DNA of 64,000 nt, taken from an uncultured Hormoscilla sp. GTDB taxonomy: Bacteria; Cyanobacteriota; Cyanobacteriia; Cyanobacteriales; Desertifilaceae. The stretch is taken from NCBI GenBank assembly GCA_963921275.4, contig OZ001293.3, positions 4,160,001-4,224,000 of the forward strand. Reading direction: 5' to 3'. Positions 21,360 to 32,194 of this stretch are shown here, piece by piece. Each line of letters opens with the position of its first letter. Position 1 is the first letter of the stretch. The notes under the pieces are model-generated. The model worked only from the letters and a program-made list of their open reading frames with translations, had not been told where the DNA came from and searched no databases. A program made the position numbers and the translations under genes.

Positions 21360-21866
21360 TCAAGCATGGGATTCTAGCGACAGCGTCACAATGTCAATAT
21401 AAGAACGGACTAAACTACTACAAGCAGGCGGCAGAGTCGCGTCTACTGCTTTTTGCAAATAGCGGTACGCCGTAGTGCAATGATTTGTTTTTTTGTAAGC
21501 CCGCATAATTGTATCGAACCATGACATCATCTGTTCCTTAAAGAACAGTTCATCGTTTCGCAAAATTGATAAGGCGATGTAGCGGACCATTTCTGTCATA
21601 TCGTATTTGCAACGCGCTCCATGCTGGCGAATCGGTTCTGGATAAGTCTGCGCAAATTTCCGCAGTGTCTGCATGACTAGCTTTTCGCTGTGCTTACTCA
21701 GTTGCTGGTAAGTCTGCAGTCTGGTAGTGTAACTCCGAATATACTGCTCTAATGGGTAGAGTTCGGTGGAGCTGAGATAGCGACCGTCCGCTTCTATCAG
21801 GCTTTGTTCTAGGGTGTGATTGAGGGTATGCATCCAACTTACAACTCTATTCTCTATTATTACCAA
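21360..21866 (-). CDS. Phycobiliprotein/globin-like protein
   Basis: EADGRYL, RCKYDM...RYIALSIL. Confidence 0.75.
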   Translation of the reverse strand: MVIIENRVVSWMHTLNHTLEQSLIEADGRYLSSTELYPLEQYIRSYTTRLQTYQQLSKHSEKLVMQTLRKFAQTYPEPIRQHGARCKYDMTEMVRYIALSILRNDELFFKEQMMSWFDTIMRAYKKTNHCTTAYRYLQKAVDATLPPACSSLVRSYIDIVTLSLESHA

Positions 21867-22142
21867 ACTGCCCTAAGAATAAAGATAAATTGCAAATTTG
21901 CAGATATTCTTAATATCTTGGCTGCCAGTGGACTCTGGTTACACCGGCGCTATCGCCTCCCCCGATCCGCTCCTGGTGGGTTGACGATCGGGGGCGATAT
22001 CGACCCTCAACCGACGGTATAGCGGCGATTGTTCCTGTCCGAAAGGCTTATGTATACTATAAGTTAGCTTAAAGTTGCCGATATCTTTACAATTTGTTAC
22101 ATTGAAAGGGAGTCAAGAAAACAATTAGCAACAATCATCCCT

Positions 22143-22940
22143 ATGTTTACTGGCATCACTGGTATATTTCCTTTTTCCAGCAATACGGATATGGGAGAGC
22201 AGCTACTCTCAAGTGTGGCAAGCCAAGGCATCCGCCATTTATTTAGCAGCAGTGAGTCGGTAGATGTCTCGATCCGCTGCCAGCCCTCTAGCAAACTGTT
22301 GCAGGGCAGAATCGACGGATTGCAAATGACTGGTCGCGGTCTGGTCATCCGCAAAGATTTCCCGGTTGAGGAAATGTCTTTTACTACCGACGCCGTTGCT
22401 ATTGATGTGGCCGCTGTGCTCAGGGGTGAAATTCGTCTGTTGCAACCCACCCAAGCGGTTGCCCTGATCTCCCTTTCTGAAGGGGGCATCAACCATGCCT
22501 TCAAGGCCCAACTGGTGACAAAACGCCTGGAAAATCTCTCTGTACCAGCTTTGACCGAATTCTCTGGCGGCAAACCGGTTTCCTTTCAGGACGTGCAGGT
22601 AGAGTTGCTGGCCAACAACAAAATTAGGCTATTTGCCACATGTAATCTAGGTGCTGGTGAACCTGTGCCCATTGTGATGACCTCAACCCTGGCAGTTGAG
22701 CGCAGGCGTCGCATTACCTTTAGTCAAGCTCAGTTTGAGCCAGAATTGGTACCAGACTCTGTCCGGGATATCTCGGAAAAGTTGACAGGGGTACTTGATG
22801 AAATTTTGAATGACATGGTAGACCTCGATCGTTTTGACCTGGATGGAGTAAAATTGCGTATTAATCGCCTAGAAACTCAAGGGAAAAATTTGCTGTTCAG
22901 CGGTTACGCTCAAATTGAGCATTTCCCACGTACATCCTAA
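22143..22940 (+). CDS. DUF2993 (LmeA-like) protein
   Basis: SKLLQGRIDG..M.GRGLVIRKDF, LDRFDLDG. Confidence 0.75.
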   Translation: MFTGITGIFPFSSNTDMGEQLLSSVASQGIRHLFSSSESVDVSIRCQPSSKLLQGRIDGLQMTGRGLVIRKDFPVEEMSFTTDAVAIDVAAVLRGEIRLLQPTQAVALISLSEGGINHAFKAQLVTKRLENLSVPALTEFSGGKPVSFQDVQVELLANNKIRLFATCNLGAGEPVPIVMTSTLAVERRRRITFSQAQFEPELVPDSVRDISEKLTGVLDEILNDMVDLDRFDLDGVKLRINRLETQGKNLLFSGYAQIEHFPRTS

Positions 22941-23289
22941 GCAATTCAAAATTCAAAATTCCAAATTAAAAATTGGGAAGGCCATTTTTAATTTGGATCT
23001 CAGCTTTTCTCGTTATGCAATTTAAATGGACGACAGCTTAGGACAGGCAACCAAGATCTGTCAGATGCATGAATCAATTACAACCAGCAACAAAATCCTC
23101 TCCGGAAGTGTTCTGTTCTCGCCAGTTGCTCGACTGGATGCGATAGCAACAGATCGGCTTCGCCCTGACGACCTATCAAACCTCGATGTGCGATTAATGT
23201 GCTCCGCGCAGTGCTTTTAGCGCGCGCAGAGCACATTGCTCAACCGCGCGCTGTGTCTCCTGGGTAGTGCGATTTGAACCAGTTGCTTT

Positions 23290-23344
23290 CTGCGGGGCTT
23301 CTGCGGGGCTTCTGCGGGGCTTCTGCGGGGCTTCTGCGGGGCTT
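23290..23344 (+). repeat. 11-mer tandem repeat (CTGCGGGGCTT) x5
   Basis: Direct reading of the sequence. Confidence 0.9.
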
Positions 23345-23640
23345 GACATTTTGGCAGCATTATGCGATCGCGGGCTTGTCGAAGCCACGGAAAGGAGATA
23401 AAACTTTTTCGGGGTTAGCATTAGACGAGCAGTTAATCGCCAAAGATGTTGAACCCCGCTGTGGTTTAATGGTAATTGATATTAACACTGGTGCTATTGT
23501 TAATTGGCTGCGTCTAAAAGGGGTGATTACAGAATTATATGACGTGCAGGTGTTACCAGGGGTACGGCGACCCATGGCTTGAGGATTTCAAACTGATGAA
23601 ATTAGCCGCCTGCTTACCCTCGATCCTATGTCGCAGCCTG
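23345..23640 (+). pseudogene. TIGR03032/DUF4915-like C-terminal fragment with internal TGA
   Basis: YAIAGLSKPR..KTFSGLALD..RCGLMVID..TG..ELYDVQVLPGVRRP. Confidence 0.7.
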
Positions 23641-23736
23641 AGAACGGAAGCACGCTTCGTGCTTACTACGAACGGAACGGAAGCACCCTTCGTGCTTACT
23701 ACGAACGGAACGACCCTTCGTGTTTACTACGAACGA
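23640..23736 (+). repeat. About 33-bp tandem repeat x3 upstream of chrA
   Basis: GAACGGAAGCAC(G/C)CTTCGTGCTTACTACGAACG units, each with an internal hairpin. Confidence 0.8.
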
Positions 23737-23738
23737 TT

Positions 23739-25849
23739 ATGAGAAACTCAAATCAAGGACATCTGGGCGAACTGGCAAAATTATTTCTTAAACTAGGGGC
23801 GATCGGCTTCGGTGGCCCCGCCGCCCACATCGCCATGATGGAGGATGAGGTTGTCGAAAAACGCCAGTGGTTAACCAGGGAACATTTCCTGGATTTAATT
23901 GGTGCCACCAACCTCATTCCTGGTCCCAATTCAACTGAAATGGCAATTCATGTAGGCTATCTCTACTCCGGTTTGCCCGGTTTGGTGGTGTCAGGGGTCT
24001 GTTTTATTCTCCCAGCAGTTGCCATCACGGCTATACTGGCCTGGGTTTATGTCTCTTTTGGCAGTCTGCCCCAAGTTGCCCCTTTACTTTACGGCATTAA
24101 ACCTGCTGTACTAGCAATTATCTTGGGTGCTTTGTGGCGTCTGGGGAAAAAAGCAGTTAAAAACTGGAAATTGCTCTCGATCGCCTTGGGGGTAGCTACT
24201 TCCCTATTCTTAGGGTTGAACCAGGTGGTAGCCTTATTATTAGGCGGAGTTTTGGGTACGATCGGGCTGCGACTGGCGGCGGGAGACAATCATCAGAATA
24301 CAGCAATGGTAGCCGCTGGGTTAACTAGCAGTGTGGCCCTGCCAGATATTACTGCTATATCAGTTGCTGCTAGGACTACAACTCACGTGCCCTTGTGGCA
24401 GTTGGGGTTATTTTTTCTGAAGGTGGGAAGCGTTCTATTTGGTAGTGGCTATGTCCTGGTGGCCTTTTTGGAAAATGGATTGGTTAGAGACTATGGTTGG
24501 TTGGTGCGATTCGTTCAGGCGTAAACTGGCGACGGTGAAGTCTGGTCTGGTTTCATTTGCCGGATAACTCTGGTTATCATGGGGGTTAAATTCCCTCTCC
24601 CCAGGTGTGGGGGGTCGAGGGTACTACCGGTCCTTAGTGCTGCGGGGTCACATCGCCGTGGTGCTCCGCTAGGACTTAAATGTAGGATAGCTGGCAGCCT
24701 AACCCAGTGACGCCGCTAGGAAAGATGCTCATGGTTAGAACAAGCGAACCTGTTAAAGCCTCGTTACATAGAACCAGCGGAATAAGGCTTATACGCTGGC
24801 CCAAAAGGGAAAATGGTAGTTAGTGTTGGTAGTCATCTATTGCCAGCATCGCACCCAAAGAACTCCCGGGGTATAGCAGGGGCCTACAAGCATCGAGAAA
24901 TGATACCAGGGAACGAAGTAACCTCACGTGAGCTGTCCTCATTTGGACCAGTTAGATGTAAAGCGCAAGCCGCGAAGAGGAAGGATGTTCTAAGAAGCCA
25001 ACGCCTGGGGTAATGCCTGGGATATGCAGACGTAGGACGGATATGGTAAGAAGCCTTTGGTGAAAGTAGCCCTAACACGTCGCAAAACTTAGGAGAAATC
25101 CAAAAGTATGAATATGGACTAGAGTCTCAGCCGGGTAAAGTTCAGAGCCCCGATAAATTGCCAGAATGGGGAAATGTTAGAGAAGAGCGGCTAGAATGGT
25201 TTGCTGAACTACCCTCCGCGATCGCGCAGCGTGCGCGCAGCGCATACCTTCCGGAGCTGAAATCATTAACGGTCCAATAGGATTGACCATAAGGGGTAAA
25301 ATTACAGAGGGTAAGGGGAATACGGGGTAACCTAATTATTGATGATGATATGCCTAAGGACAAGCCCCAGCGGTGAAAGTCGCAAGTCCGGTTCCGCTCT
25401 TGGAGGGTTGGGGAGTGATTCCCAGCTCGACCCCGACCACTCAGCAGCTGCTGCTGGATGCGATCGCGATCGGTCAATTCACTCCTGGACCTGTACTTTC
25501 CACATCTACATTTATCGGTTACCTAATTGCTGATTTACCTGGTGCCGCAGTTGCGACAATGGGAATATTCCTGCCCTCATTTTTCTTCGTTGCTGCCTTA
25601 AATCCCCTGATTCCACGCTTGCGGGCATCCAAGTGGACATCAGCATTTTTAGATGCGGTCAATGCTGGGGCGGTAGCGTTAATGGCAGTGGTAACAATTC
25701 AGTTGGCACGCGGGACTCTGATTGATATAGCAACTATCCTGATTGCTATTGCCGCAGCTATTGGGGCCATTCGCTTTCAAGTTAACGCTGCATGGCTGGT
25801 TTTGAGTGGTGCTGTGCTGGGGTTTTTAGTTTCAATCAGTAATTTGTGA
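23739..25849 (+). CDS. chrA: Chromate transporter ChrA (long-chain CHR), interrupted by a group II intron; exons 23739-24503 and 25439-25849
   Basis: GFGGP, PGPNSTE, FGSGYVL. Splicing joins DYGWL|TQQLLLDAIAIGQFTPGP in frame, giving 391 aa. Confidence 0.9.
24504..25438 (+). mobile_element. ORF-less group II intron (935 nt), sense orientation in chrA
   Basis: Begins GTGCGATTCG and ends with DV/DVI ...TTCCCAGCTCGACCCCGACC. EBS1 CATCTA versus exon end TGGTTG. No RT ORF. Confidence 0.92.
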
Positions 25850-25973
25850 GAATTGAGGAGTGAGAATTGAGAATGGTAGATTTATTTATTCACGTTCATT
25901 AGCAATTTTTAGTTATTCTTGACATTGTTATACAGAGAGTATAGGATATTTAATCATTAGCTAGATAGACAAA

Positions 25974-28130
25974 ATGAAACAGGAAGTCAAAAAGAAAAAG
26001 AAACAGAAGAAGTGGCAAAAACTGACATTTTACACATCATTGCTCCTCTGCGCCACTACTTTCCTGTTGGCGACAGGCGGGCTGTTCTTGTACTCGCGAG
26101 AAAAACAGCAAATACTTACAGAGGCGAGAACATCAGCCAAGCGACAAACAATCCGGGCGGCTTTGGAAATTGACCGAGAAGTGCGTTTGGCTAAAGACAC
26201 AGCCCTGGCGATCGCCAACGATCTGACTGCGGGCAGATTAAATGACACCGAGGTATTAAACCGACTCAAAGCCGAACTGGAGAAAAAGCCTCAGCTTTTA
26301 GATGTGGGCGTTGCCTATGAACCTTTCGCCTACGATCCGAATGTGAGGCTGTATGCGCCCTATTATGCCAGATTAAAAAATGAACTGCAATCCCTGGAAG
26401 TTACCTACAACTACACTCGTCCTAAGTATGCTTGGTATCGGAACACTCTCACCAAGGGGGCTCATTGGGCAGAACCAGACTTTTGGCAGGACAGCACTTT
26501 ATTCAGTCAGCCAGCAGTAGGATTTTACACGCCTTTTTATAGTCGAGGATCTCAAAACCAGCGTCCGCGAGGAATAGTCTACGCCGAATATTCTATGGAG
26601 ACGATCGCAGATATAGTCAAGTCACTCAATCTCGGTAGAACTGGCTACGGCTTTCTAGTTTCCCGGACTGGGAATTTTCTCTATCATCCCAATGAAGGGT
26701 ATGTCAAAAGTCAGGCAAACATCTTTGACCTCGTATACGATCGCAACGGATCACAAGTTCGTCCTTTAGTAGATTTAGTAGCTAGAGCCTTGCGTGGCGA
26801 ACCCGTAGAAGCAGATTTGAGCGATGACATCACAGGTCAAAATTCCTGGGTATTTCTGCGACAAGTAAATCAGAATGGATGGGTGGTGGGAGTAGTCTTT
26901 ATTCAGGACGAAGTTTTGCCAGACAACCAAACCACGCGACGCCAACTTATCTTTCTCAGTCTCGCATTTATGTGGTTTTTCGTGTTTTTGTTTTTCCTCC
27001 TTTTCCGGGCTGACAAGGGTACTGTCAAGCGTCTTGGGGCACTGTCGTCTACTGTCAGCCTGTTGTTTCTAGCAGAAATCGGGTTTATCTGGAGTTTGGC
27101 GCTAAAAACACGTACCTATACCTCTACCCGGAATCTGCTGCTGAATGAAACTGCTGTAGATCAGTTATTGGTTCCCCAAGTTGAGTTAAGTGCAAAATTA
27201 AACCAAAAACCACCGCTGTTGGTACCTACGGGGGTTTATATTCACTCCCTATATTTTACCAGTTCTAACGATGTGTTTGTGACTGGCTATATCTGGCAGG
27301 AATACCACGAAGGAATCCATGATGAGTTGGAGCGTGGTTTTATCCTACCCGATGCTATTGATGCCAATGATTTGGAAGTGAAGGAGGCTTATCGCCACAA
27401 GGAAGACGAGATCGAGGTCATCGGTTAGTATGTTGAAGCTACTCTGCGTCAGGATTTCGATTTTTCCAATTATCCTTTTGACTATAAAGATGTCAAAATC
27501 AGGTTGTTACACCTGGACTTCAATCGTCGGGAATTAAACCGTCAGGTAATTCTGGTTCCCGATCTAGGGGGCTACGAAGTGATCGATCCCAGAACTAAAC
27601 CTGGTGTAGATAAAGATATTGTCTTGGGCAACTGGAATCTGAGTGATATTTTTTTTGAGTACAAGTTCAAAACTTATGATACAAATTTGGGGATCAAAAG
27701 TAATCTGTTCAAAACTAACTTTCCCGAACTTCATTTCACAATCGTGCTGCAAAGAGATTTCATCGGTCCGTTGATTTCTAGAGTCGGACCACTCTTAGTT
27801 GTCGTCACTCTGCTCTTTGCGATGCTGCTGATCTCCGATGAGGAGAAGGCATTAGAGGTTTTGGCAGCTTGTATTGGTTTTGTCTTTATTGTCATCCTCG
27901 ACCAGATCGCTTTGAGAGAACAGATTGTCACGAAAGGAATTCTTTACTTCGAGTATTTTTACTTCGCGATCTATTTTTACATTTTCCTGGTGACCGTTAA
28001 TGCTATCCTGTTTATCTCTCAGCCTAACACTCCTTTCATCCAGTATAAAGATAACTTGATATCCAAGTTGCTTTACTGGCCCACACTTCTGAAGATATTG
28101 CTAGTAATCACGATTTTAGTATTTGCTTGA
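25974..28130 (+). pseudogene. Cache-domain + pentameric ligand-gated ion channel-like fusion, split by TAG at 27426-27428
   Basis: TM-dCache (YAPYY, WY, WAEP, GYGFLVS..G.FLYHP)-TM. Then VPTGVYIHSL...G*YVEATLRQDFDFSNYPFD (Pro-loop) and four TM helices, all in one frame. Confidence 0.8.
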
Positions 28131-28145
28131 TTGAGATTCTCGCTG

Positions 28146-28290
28146 CGATGTGCAATTAATGTGCTCCGCGCAGTGCGAGTAGCGCGCTGTGTCTCCTGGG
28201 TAGTGCAACTAGCGCGAGGTATCTCGCCCCAGGAGACACAGCAGCAGAGTAAATTAAGCAGTGCGGGTAGCGCGCGCATCGCACATCGAA
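28146..28290. repeat. Nested small palindromic elements
   Basis: CGATGTGC...GCACATCG encloses GCTGTGTCTCCTGGG...CCCAGGAGACACAGC; three copies of the core motif. Confidence 0.85.
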
Positions 28291-28364
28291 GGGAACTCAG
28301 AAACCTGGTTTTGGCAAAAACCGGGTTTCTTAATTATTGCAGATCGAGATCCTGATGAGGTTAA

Positions 28365-29450
28365 TCAATTCCCGTTAGAGTCAGGGCTGCTGCTTGGTTT
28401 GGGCTGCAGCTTCTCAGCTAGGTTGACACCAACTGAAGACCCATCTGCAAACATCGAACCAGTGATGCGATAGTCAAGACGGGCCCGAACTTTTGGCAAC
28501 AGATTATCTGGCAAAGGTAAATAGCCTGCTTCTGAGATTATAGGTTTGTGTTCAGCATTCAGAAGGTACTCAACAAAGGCTTTGACCGCAGGTCTTTTTT
28601 CTAGAGACTCCTTGTTGATATATAGAAATAGGGGACGCACCAAGGGGTTGTAAGTGCCGTTGGCGATCGTCTCTGCACTTGGTTCGGTGCATTCGCCGCT
28701 TTCATTTTCAATGGCAATCAGCTTCAAAGCATCCTTGTTTTTTTCATAGAAGGACAAGGTGAGAAAGCCCAAAGACCCATACTCAGACTCGATACCCTGA
28801 ATTGTGACGATATCATCTGGACTAGCGGTGTAGTCACTGCGACTTTTACCCTCTTCCCCCGTGGTAGCATCGGCAAAGTAATCGTAGGTACCAGAATCAA
28901 TTTCAGCACCATAGAGACCCAGACGTACATCGGGGTACTCCTCATCGATCTGCTGCCAGTTGACCACTTCGCCCTCAGCAGCAGGTTCCCAAATTTTGCC
29001 CAACTGCTGTGGGGTAAGGCAGGTTGTCCAGTCATTGTCGCGGTTGACTGCCACCGCGATCGCATCGAAGGCCACGGGAATTTCCACGTACTCGATTTTG
29101 TTGACCTCGCAAAGTGCCATCTCAGATTTCTTGATGGGACGAGAAGCATTAGAGATATCAGTGTCTCCAATGCAGAACTTCTTGAACCCAACTCCCGAAC
29201 TAGATATGCCCACGGTTACCCCGATGACCGGATTAGCCTTCATAAACTTTTGTGCCATGGCTTCCGCGATCGGGAAGACGGTACTGGAACCATCGGCCAG
29301 TACATACTTAGTCAACTGCGGGTCGGCTGCGGTTTCCTCTGAGACAGTTGTCTGGATAGTAGAAGTTTGGTTTTGATTGCCGCCACAGGCGGTCGCTGTC
29401 ATGAATAGCACTCCTGCTAAAAAACCGATAGACTGGCCTGGCCTTCTCAT
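28365..29450 (-). CDS. pstS: Phosphate ABC transporter substrate-binding lipoprotein
   Basis: TACG lipobox, DGSSTVFPI, DISNASR, SGTYDYF, YNPLVRPLFLY. Confidence 0.92.
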   Translation of the reverse strand: MRRPGQSIGFLAGVLFMTATACGGNQNQTSTIQTTVSEETAADPQLTKYVLADGSSTVFPIAEAMAQKFMKANPVIGVTVGISSSGVGFKKFCIGDTDISNASRPIKKSEMALCEVNKIEYVEIPVAFDAIAVAVNRDNDWTTCLTPQQLGKIWEPAAEGEVVNWQQIDEEYPDVRLGLYGAEIDSGTYDYFADATTGEEGKSRSDYTASPDDIVTIQGIESEYGSLGFLTLSFYEKNKDALKLIAIENESGECTEPSAETIANGTYNPLVRPLFLYINKESLEKRPAVKAFVEYLLNAEHKPIISEAGYLPLPDNLLPKVRARLDYRITGSMFADGSSVGVNLAEKLQPKPSSSPDSNGN

Positions 29451-29599
29451 ATTTCTCTTCGTCGAGCGTCATTTCATGGCGATCGGGTACTATACTGGTG
29501 AGTACCCTGCTACCTTAGCACTCCCATCCTTTCTTTGTCAAGTACCACCAGGGTCGGATGACTTGACTCTGCTGGTCAATTCCCACTTTTGAAAGATGG

Positions 29600-29648
29600 C
29601 CCAAACCTGCCCCCAAACCTGCCCCCAAACCTGCCCCCAAACCTGCCC
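29600..29648 (+). repeat. 11-mer tandem repeat (CCCCAAACCTG) x4
   Basis: Direct reading of the sequence. Confidence 0.85.
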
Positions 29649-29675
29649 TAGACAAAACCAAACCAAGAGATGTTC

Positions 29676-29825
29676 TTAGCGTCGATCTTCTGGGTGGGTT
29701 CCGGTTGTCAGTTCGTCGTAAACTTCCTGAGGAATAATGACTTGTCCAAAAATCCGCCGTAGCAAGTCCATTTGTCCCACTTTTGCTAGTTCACTAAATG
29801 GTGTAGTGTTCGAGACAACAGTCAC
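29676..29825 (-). pseudogene. Truncated DUF3368 (PIN-like) toxin
   Basis: VVSNTTPFSELAKVGQMDLLRRIFGQVIIPQEVYDEL followed by an early stop; overlaps the UPF0175 stop. Confidence 0.75.
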
Positions 29826-30124
29826 TGTTTGCGCTTCTCCAACATAGCTATGGTTTCCTCTACTTCCTGTTCTAGTTCTTCCCTAGTCTGTGGTGCAAAG
29901 ACAGAGATCCCGTACTCTCCCATGAGGTCGATCGCCTCTAAGCGAGATATTCCTAAAAGCCTTGCTGCCCTTCCACTAGATATCTCACCATATCGCAGCA
30001 TAGTCATAATGTAAGCTTCTTTAGCTTTCCGTTCAGCTTCTCTGCGAATAGCTTCAGGACTATCAGGCATTTCCAGAGTAAATTGGATTGTGGTTGAAAT
30101 ATTTTGGGTTGGCATTGTTTTCAT
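29822..30124 (-). CDS. UPF0175 family antitoxin-like protein
   Basis: GEISSGRAARLLGISR. Confidence 0.85.
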   Translation of the reverse strand: MKTMPTQNISTTIQFTLEMPDSPEAIRREAERKAKEAYIMTMLRYGEISSGRAARLLGISRLEAIDLMGEYGISVFAPQTREELEQEVEETIAMLEKRKQ

Positions 30125-30179
30125 CTAGCAATTATCCATTAACAATAGCGATCCGACGTCGCGCACTGCGTATAAGCCA

Positions 30180-30395
30180 TTAGCATCTGGACACCTCAAC
30201 ATACTGACACAGACTAGATAATTCGGGAATCGACTCACCCCTCAGTTGCATTCCTTCCAGATGAAACTCAATTGCCTCGCGAATCATCTGCTCAATTTCT
30301 TCTAAAGTATCCCCGACAGCAACACAGCCTGGTAAATCTGGTACATAGGCTGAGTAATTTTCTGATGCTTTCTCGATTACCACAGCATAGCGCAT
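30180..30395 (-). CDS. hicB: HicB antitoxin
   Basis: YAVVIEK..NYSAYVPDLPGCVAVGDT.EE...IREAIEFHLEG. Confidence 0.92.
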   Translation of the reverse strand: MRYAVVIEKASENYSAYVPDLPGCVAVGDTLEEIEQMIREAIEFHLEGMQLRGESIPELSSLCQYVEVSRC

Positions 30396-30589
30396 TAGTC
30401 TTCCTCCTCCAATTGTGCCTGTTTCCAGATACTTTTAAGAGTGCCTATAGCTACATCTTTAGACATCTTACCGGGAACTGTGACGGTTCCTGCTTTTTCT
30501 GGATGTGCGTATTGTCGATGACTACCCTTAGTCCGTGCCAAATACCAGCCATCCCTTTCTATTATCCTGATTACTTCTCTAACTTTCAC
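30395..30589 (-). CDS. hicA: HicA mRNA interferase
   Basis: DGW...RTKGSHRQY.HP..VTVPG...GTLKSI. Confidence 0.92.
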   Translation of the reverse strand: MKVREVIRIIERDGWYLARTKGSHRQYAHPEKAGTVTVPGKMSKDVAIGTLKSIWKQAQLEEED

Positions 30590-30717
30590 CTTTCAGTTTT
30601 TTCCGCACTCTACCACCTTGTCGTCAGGAACCGCCGCAAATTGAACCGTTATACCGTACCTATCGTAGCGGATGGTGGGCACTGCCCACCCTACATTTAG
30701 CTATTAACCATTATCGA

Positions 30718-32106
30718 CTATCGGCCAATACCCACATAGCGGAAACCAGCAGCTTCTAAAACCTTCCGATCGAGGAAATTGCGACCATCAATCATGACTG
30801 CATGACTCATCCGCTTTGCCATCTTGCCGTAGTCTAAAGTCAGAAACTGCTGCCATTCTGTCACGACGACTAAGGCATCGCAACCATCTGCTAGCATTTC
30901 TGGTTCCGTTTCCACGATCGCCCCGGACAAACCGTGACGCATTCCCGTTTGAGAAATAATCGGATCGTAAGCTTTCACCTTAGCACCCAGGCGATTCAGT
31001 TCTTCAATCAAATTCAGTGAGGGGGCATCTCGGAGATCGTCCGTATCGGGTTTGAAGGTTAAACCCAAAAGTCCCACAACCTTCCCCTTGAGGATTTTCA
31101 GTTCCTGCTGCAGTTTATCCACCGCGATCGCCCGCTGGCGTTGATTAACATTGACTGCGGCATTCAGCAGTTCCGTGTCATAATTATAGTCCTTTGCGGT
31201 ATGAATCAAAGCCGAAACATCTTTGGGGAAGCAGGAACCGCCCCAACCTATGCCTGCTTGCAAAAACTTGTTGCCAATTCTCGAATCTAAACCAATTCCT
31301 TTAGCCACCTGGGTCACGTCCGCACCCACCTTGTCGCAAATATTGGCAACTTCATTGATAAAACTAATCTTAGTTGCCAGGAAGGCATTCGCCGCATACT
31401 TAATCATCTCCGCCGAACTCAGATCCGTCACCACCACTGGCACGGGAGGTAAGGACTTATCTTCGCCAAACTTGCGTTCCACGATCGGGCGGTAGAGTTC
31501 TTGCATCATGGCGATCGCCTTGTCGCTATCACTGCCCAGCACGATCCGGTCTGGATTAAAGGTATCATAAACCGCCGAACCTTCCCGCAGAAACTCGGGA
31601 TTACTGACCACATCAAACTCAGCCTTAATTTGCGTCAGGGCCTCTTCTCCAGAAACCCCATCTTCTCCCGCTTTCTGTCGGTCTTTAATTCCATCCAACA
31701 CGATCATCCGCGCCCAGTCCCCAGACCCGATCGGCACGGTAGATTTATTCACAATCACCTTATAACCTTCTGTCAGATGCTGACCGATGCCCCGCGCCAC
31801 AGCTTCCACGTAGCGGGTATCGCTATCACCGCTAGGCAAAGCTGGCGTTCCCACGGCGATAAACAAAATCTCTCCATAATCCACACCCATCGCCAAATCT
31901 GAGGTGAACTCCAGATTACCCGCCTGACTCGCACCCTGCATTATCTCCGACAGTCCCGGTTCGTAGATCGGCGACTGTCCCGACTTCATTAATTTTACCT
32001 TCTCTTCATTGTTGTCCACGCAGACCAATTGATGACCGCAGTGGGCTAAACATGCCCCCGTGACTAAGCCGACATAACCCGTACCAATCACACAAACTTT
32101 CATCAA
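30718..32106 (-). CDS. ugd: UDP-glucose 6-dehydrogenase
   Basis: GTGYVG, KSTVPIG, NPEFLREG, GGSCFPKD, FKPDTDDLR. Confidence 0.95.
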   Translation of the reverse strand: MMKVCVIGTGYVGLVTGACLAHCGHQLVCVDNNEEKVKLMKSGQSPIYEPGLSEIMQGASQAGNLEFTSDLAMGVDYGEILFIAVGTPALPSGDSDTRYVEAVARGIGQHLTEGYKVIVNKSTVPIGSGDWARMIVLDGIKDRQKAGEDGVSGEEALTQIKAEFDVVSNPEFLREGSAVYDTFNPDRIVLGSDSDKAIAMMQELYRPIVERKFGEDKSLPPVPVVVTDLSSAEMIKYAANAFLATKISFINEVANICDKVGADVTQVAKGIGLDSRIGNKFLQAGIGWGGSCFPKDVSALIHTAKDYNYDTELLNAAVNVNQRQRAIAVDKLQQELKILKGKVVGLLGLTFKPDTDDLRDAPSLNLIEELNRLGAKVKAYDPIISQTGMRHGLSGAIVETEPEMLADGCDALVVVTEWQQFLTLDYGKMAKRMSHAVMIDGRNFLDRKVLEAAGFRYVGIGR

Positions 32107-32194
32107 TATTCTCCTTTGTTATGCGTAGGACGGGTTCGGCGTCTCCTGGGAGACACCGCCCGCCTGTCCGTTGTCAATCTATTGCAGCGCTGAA

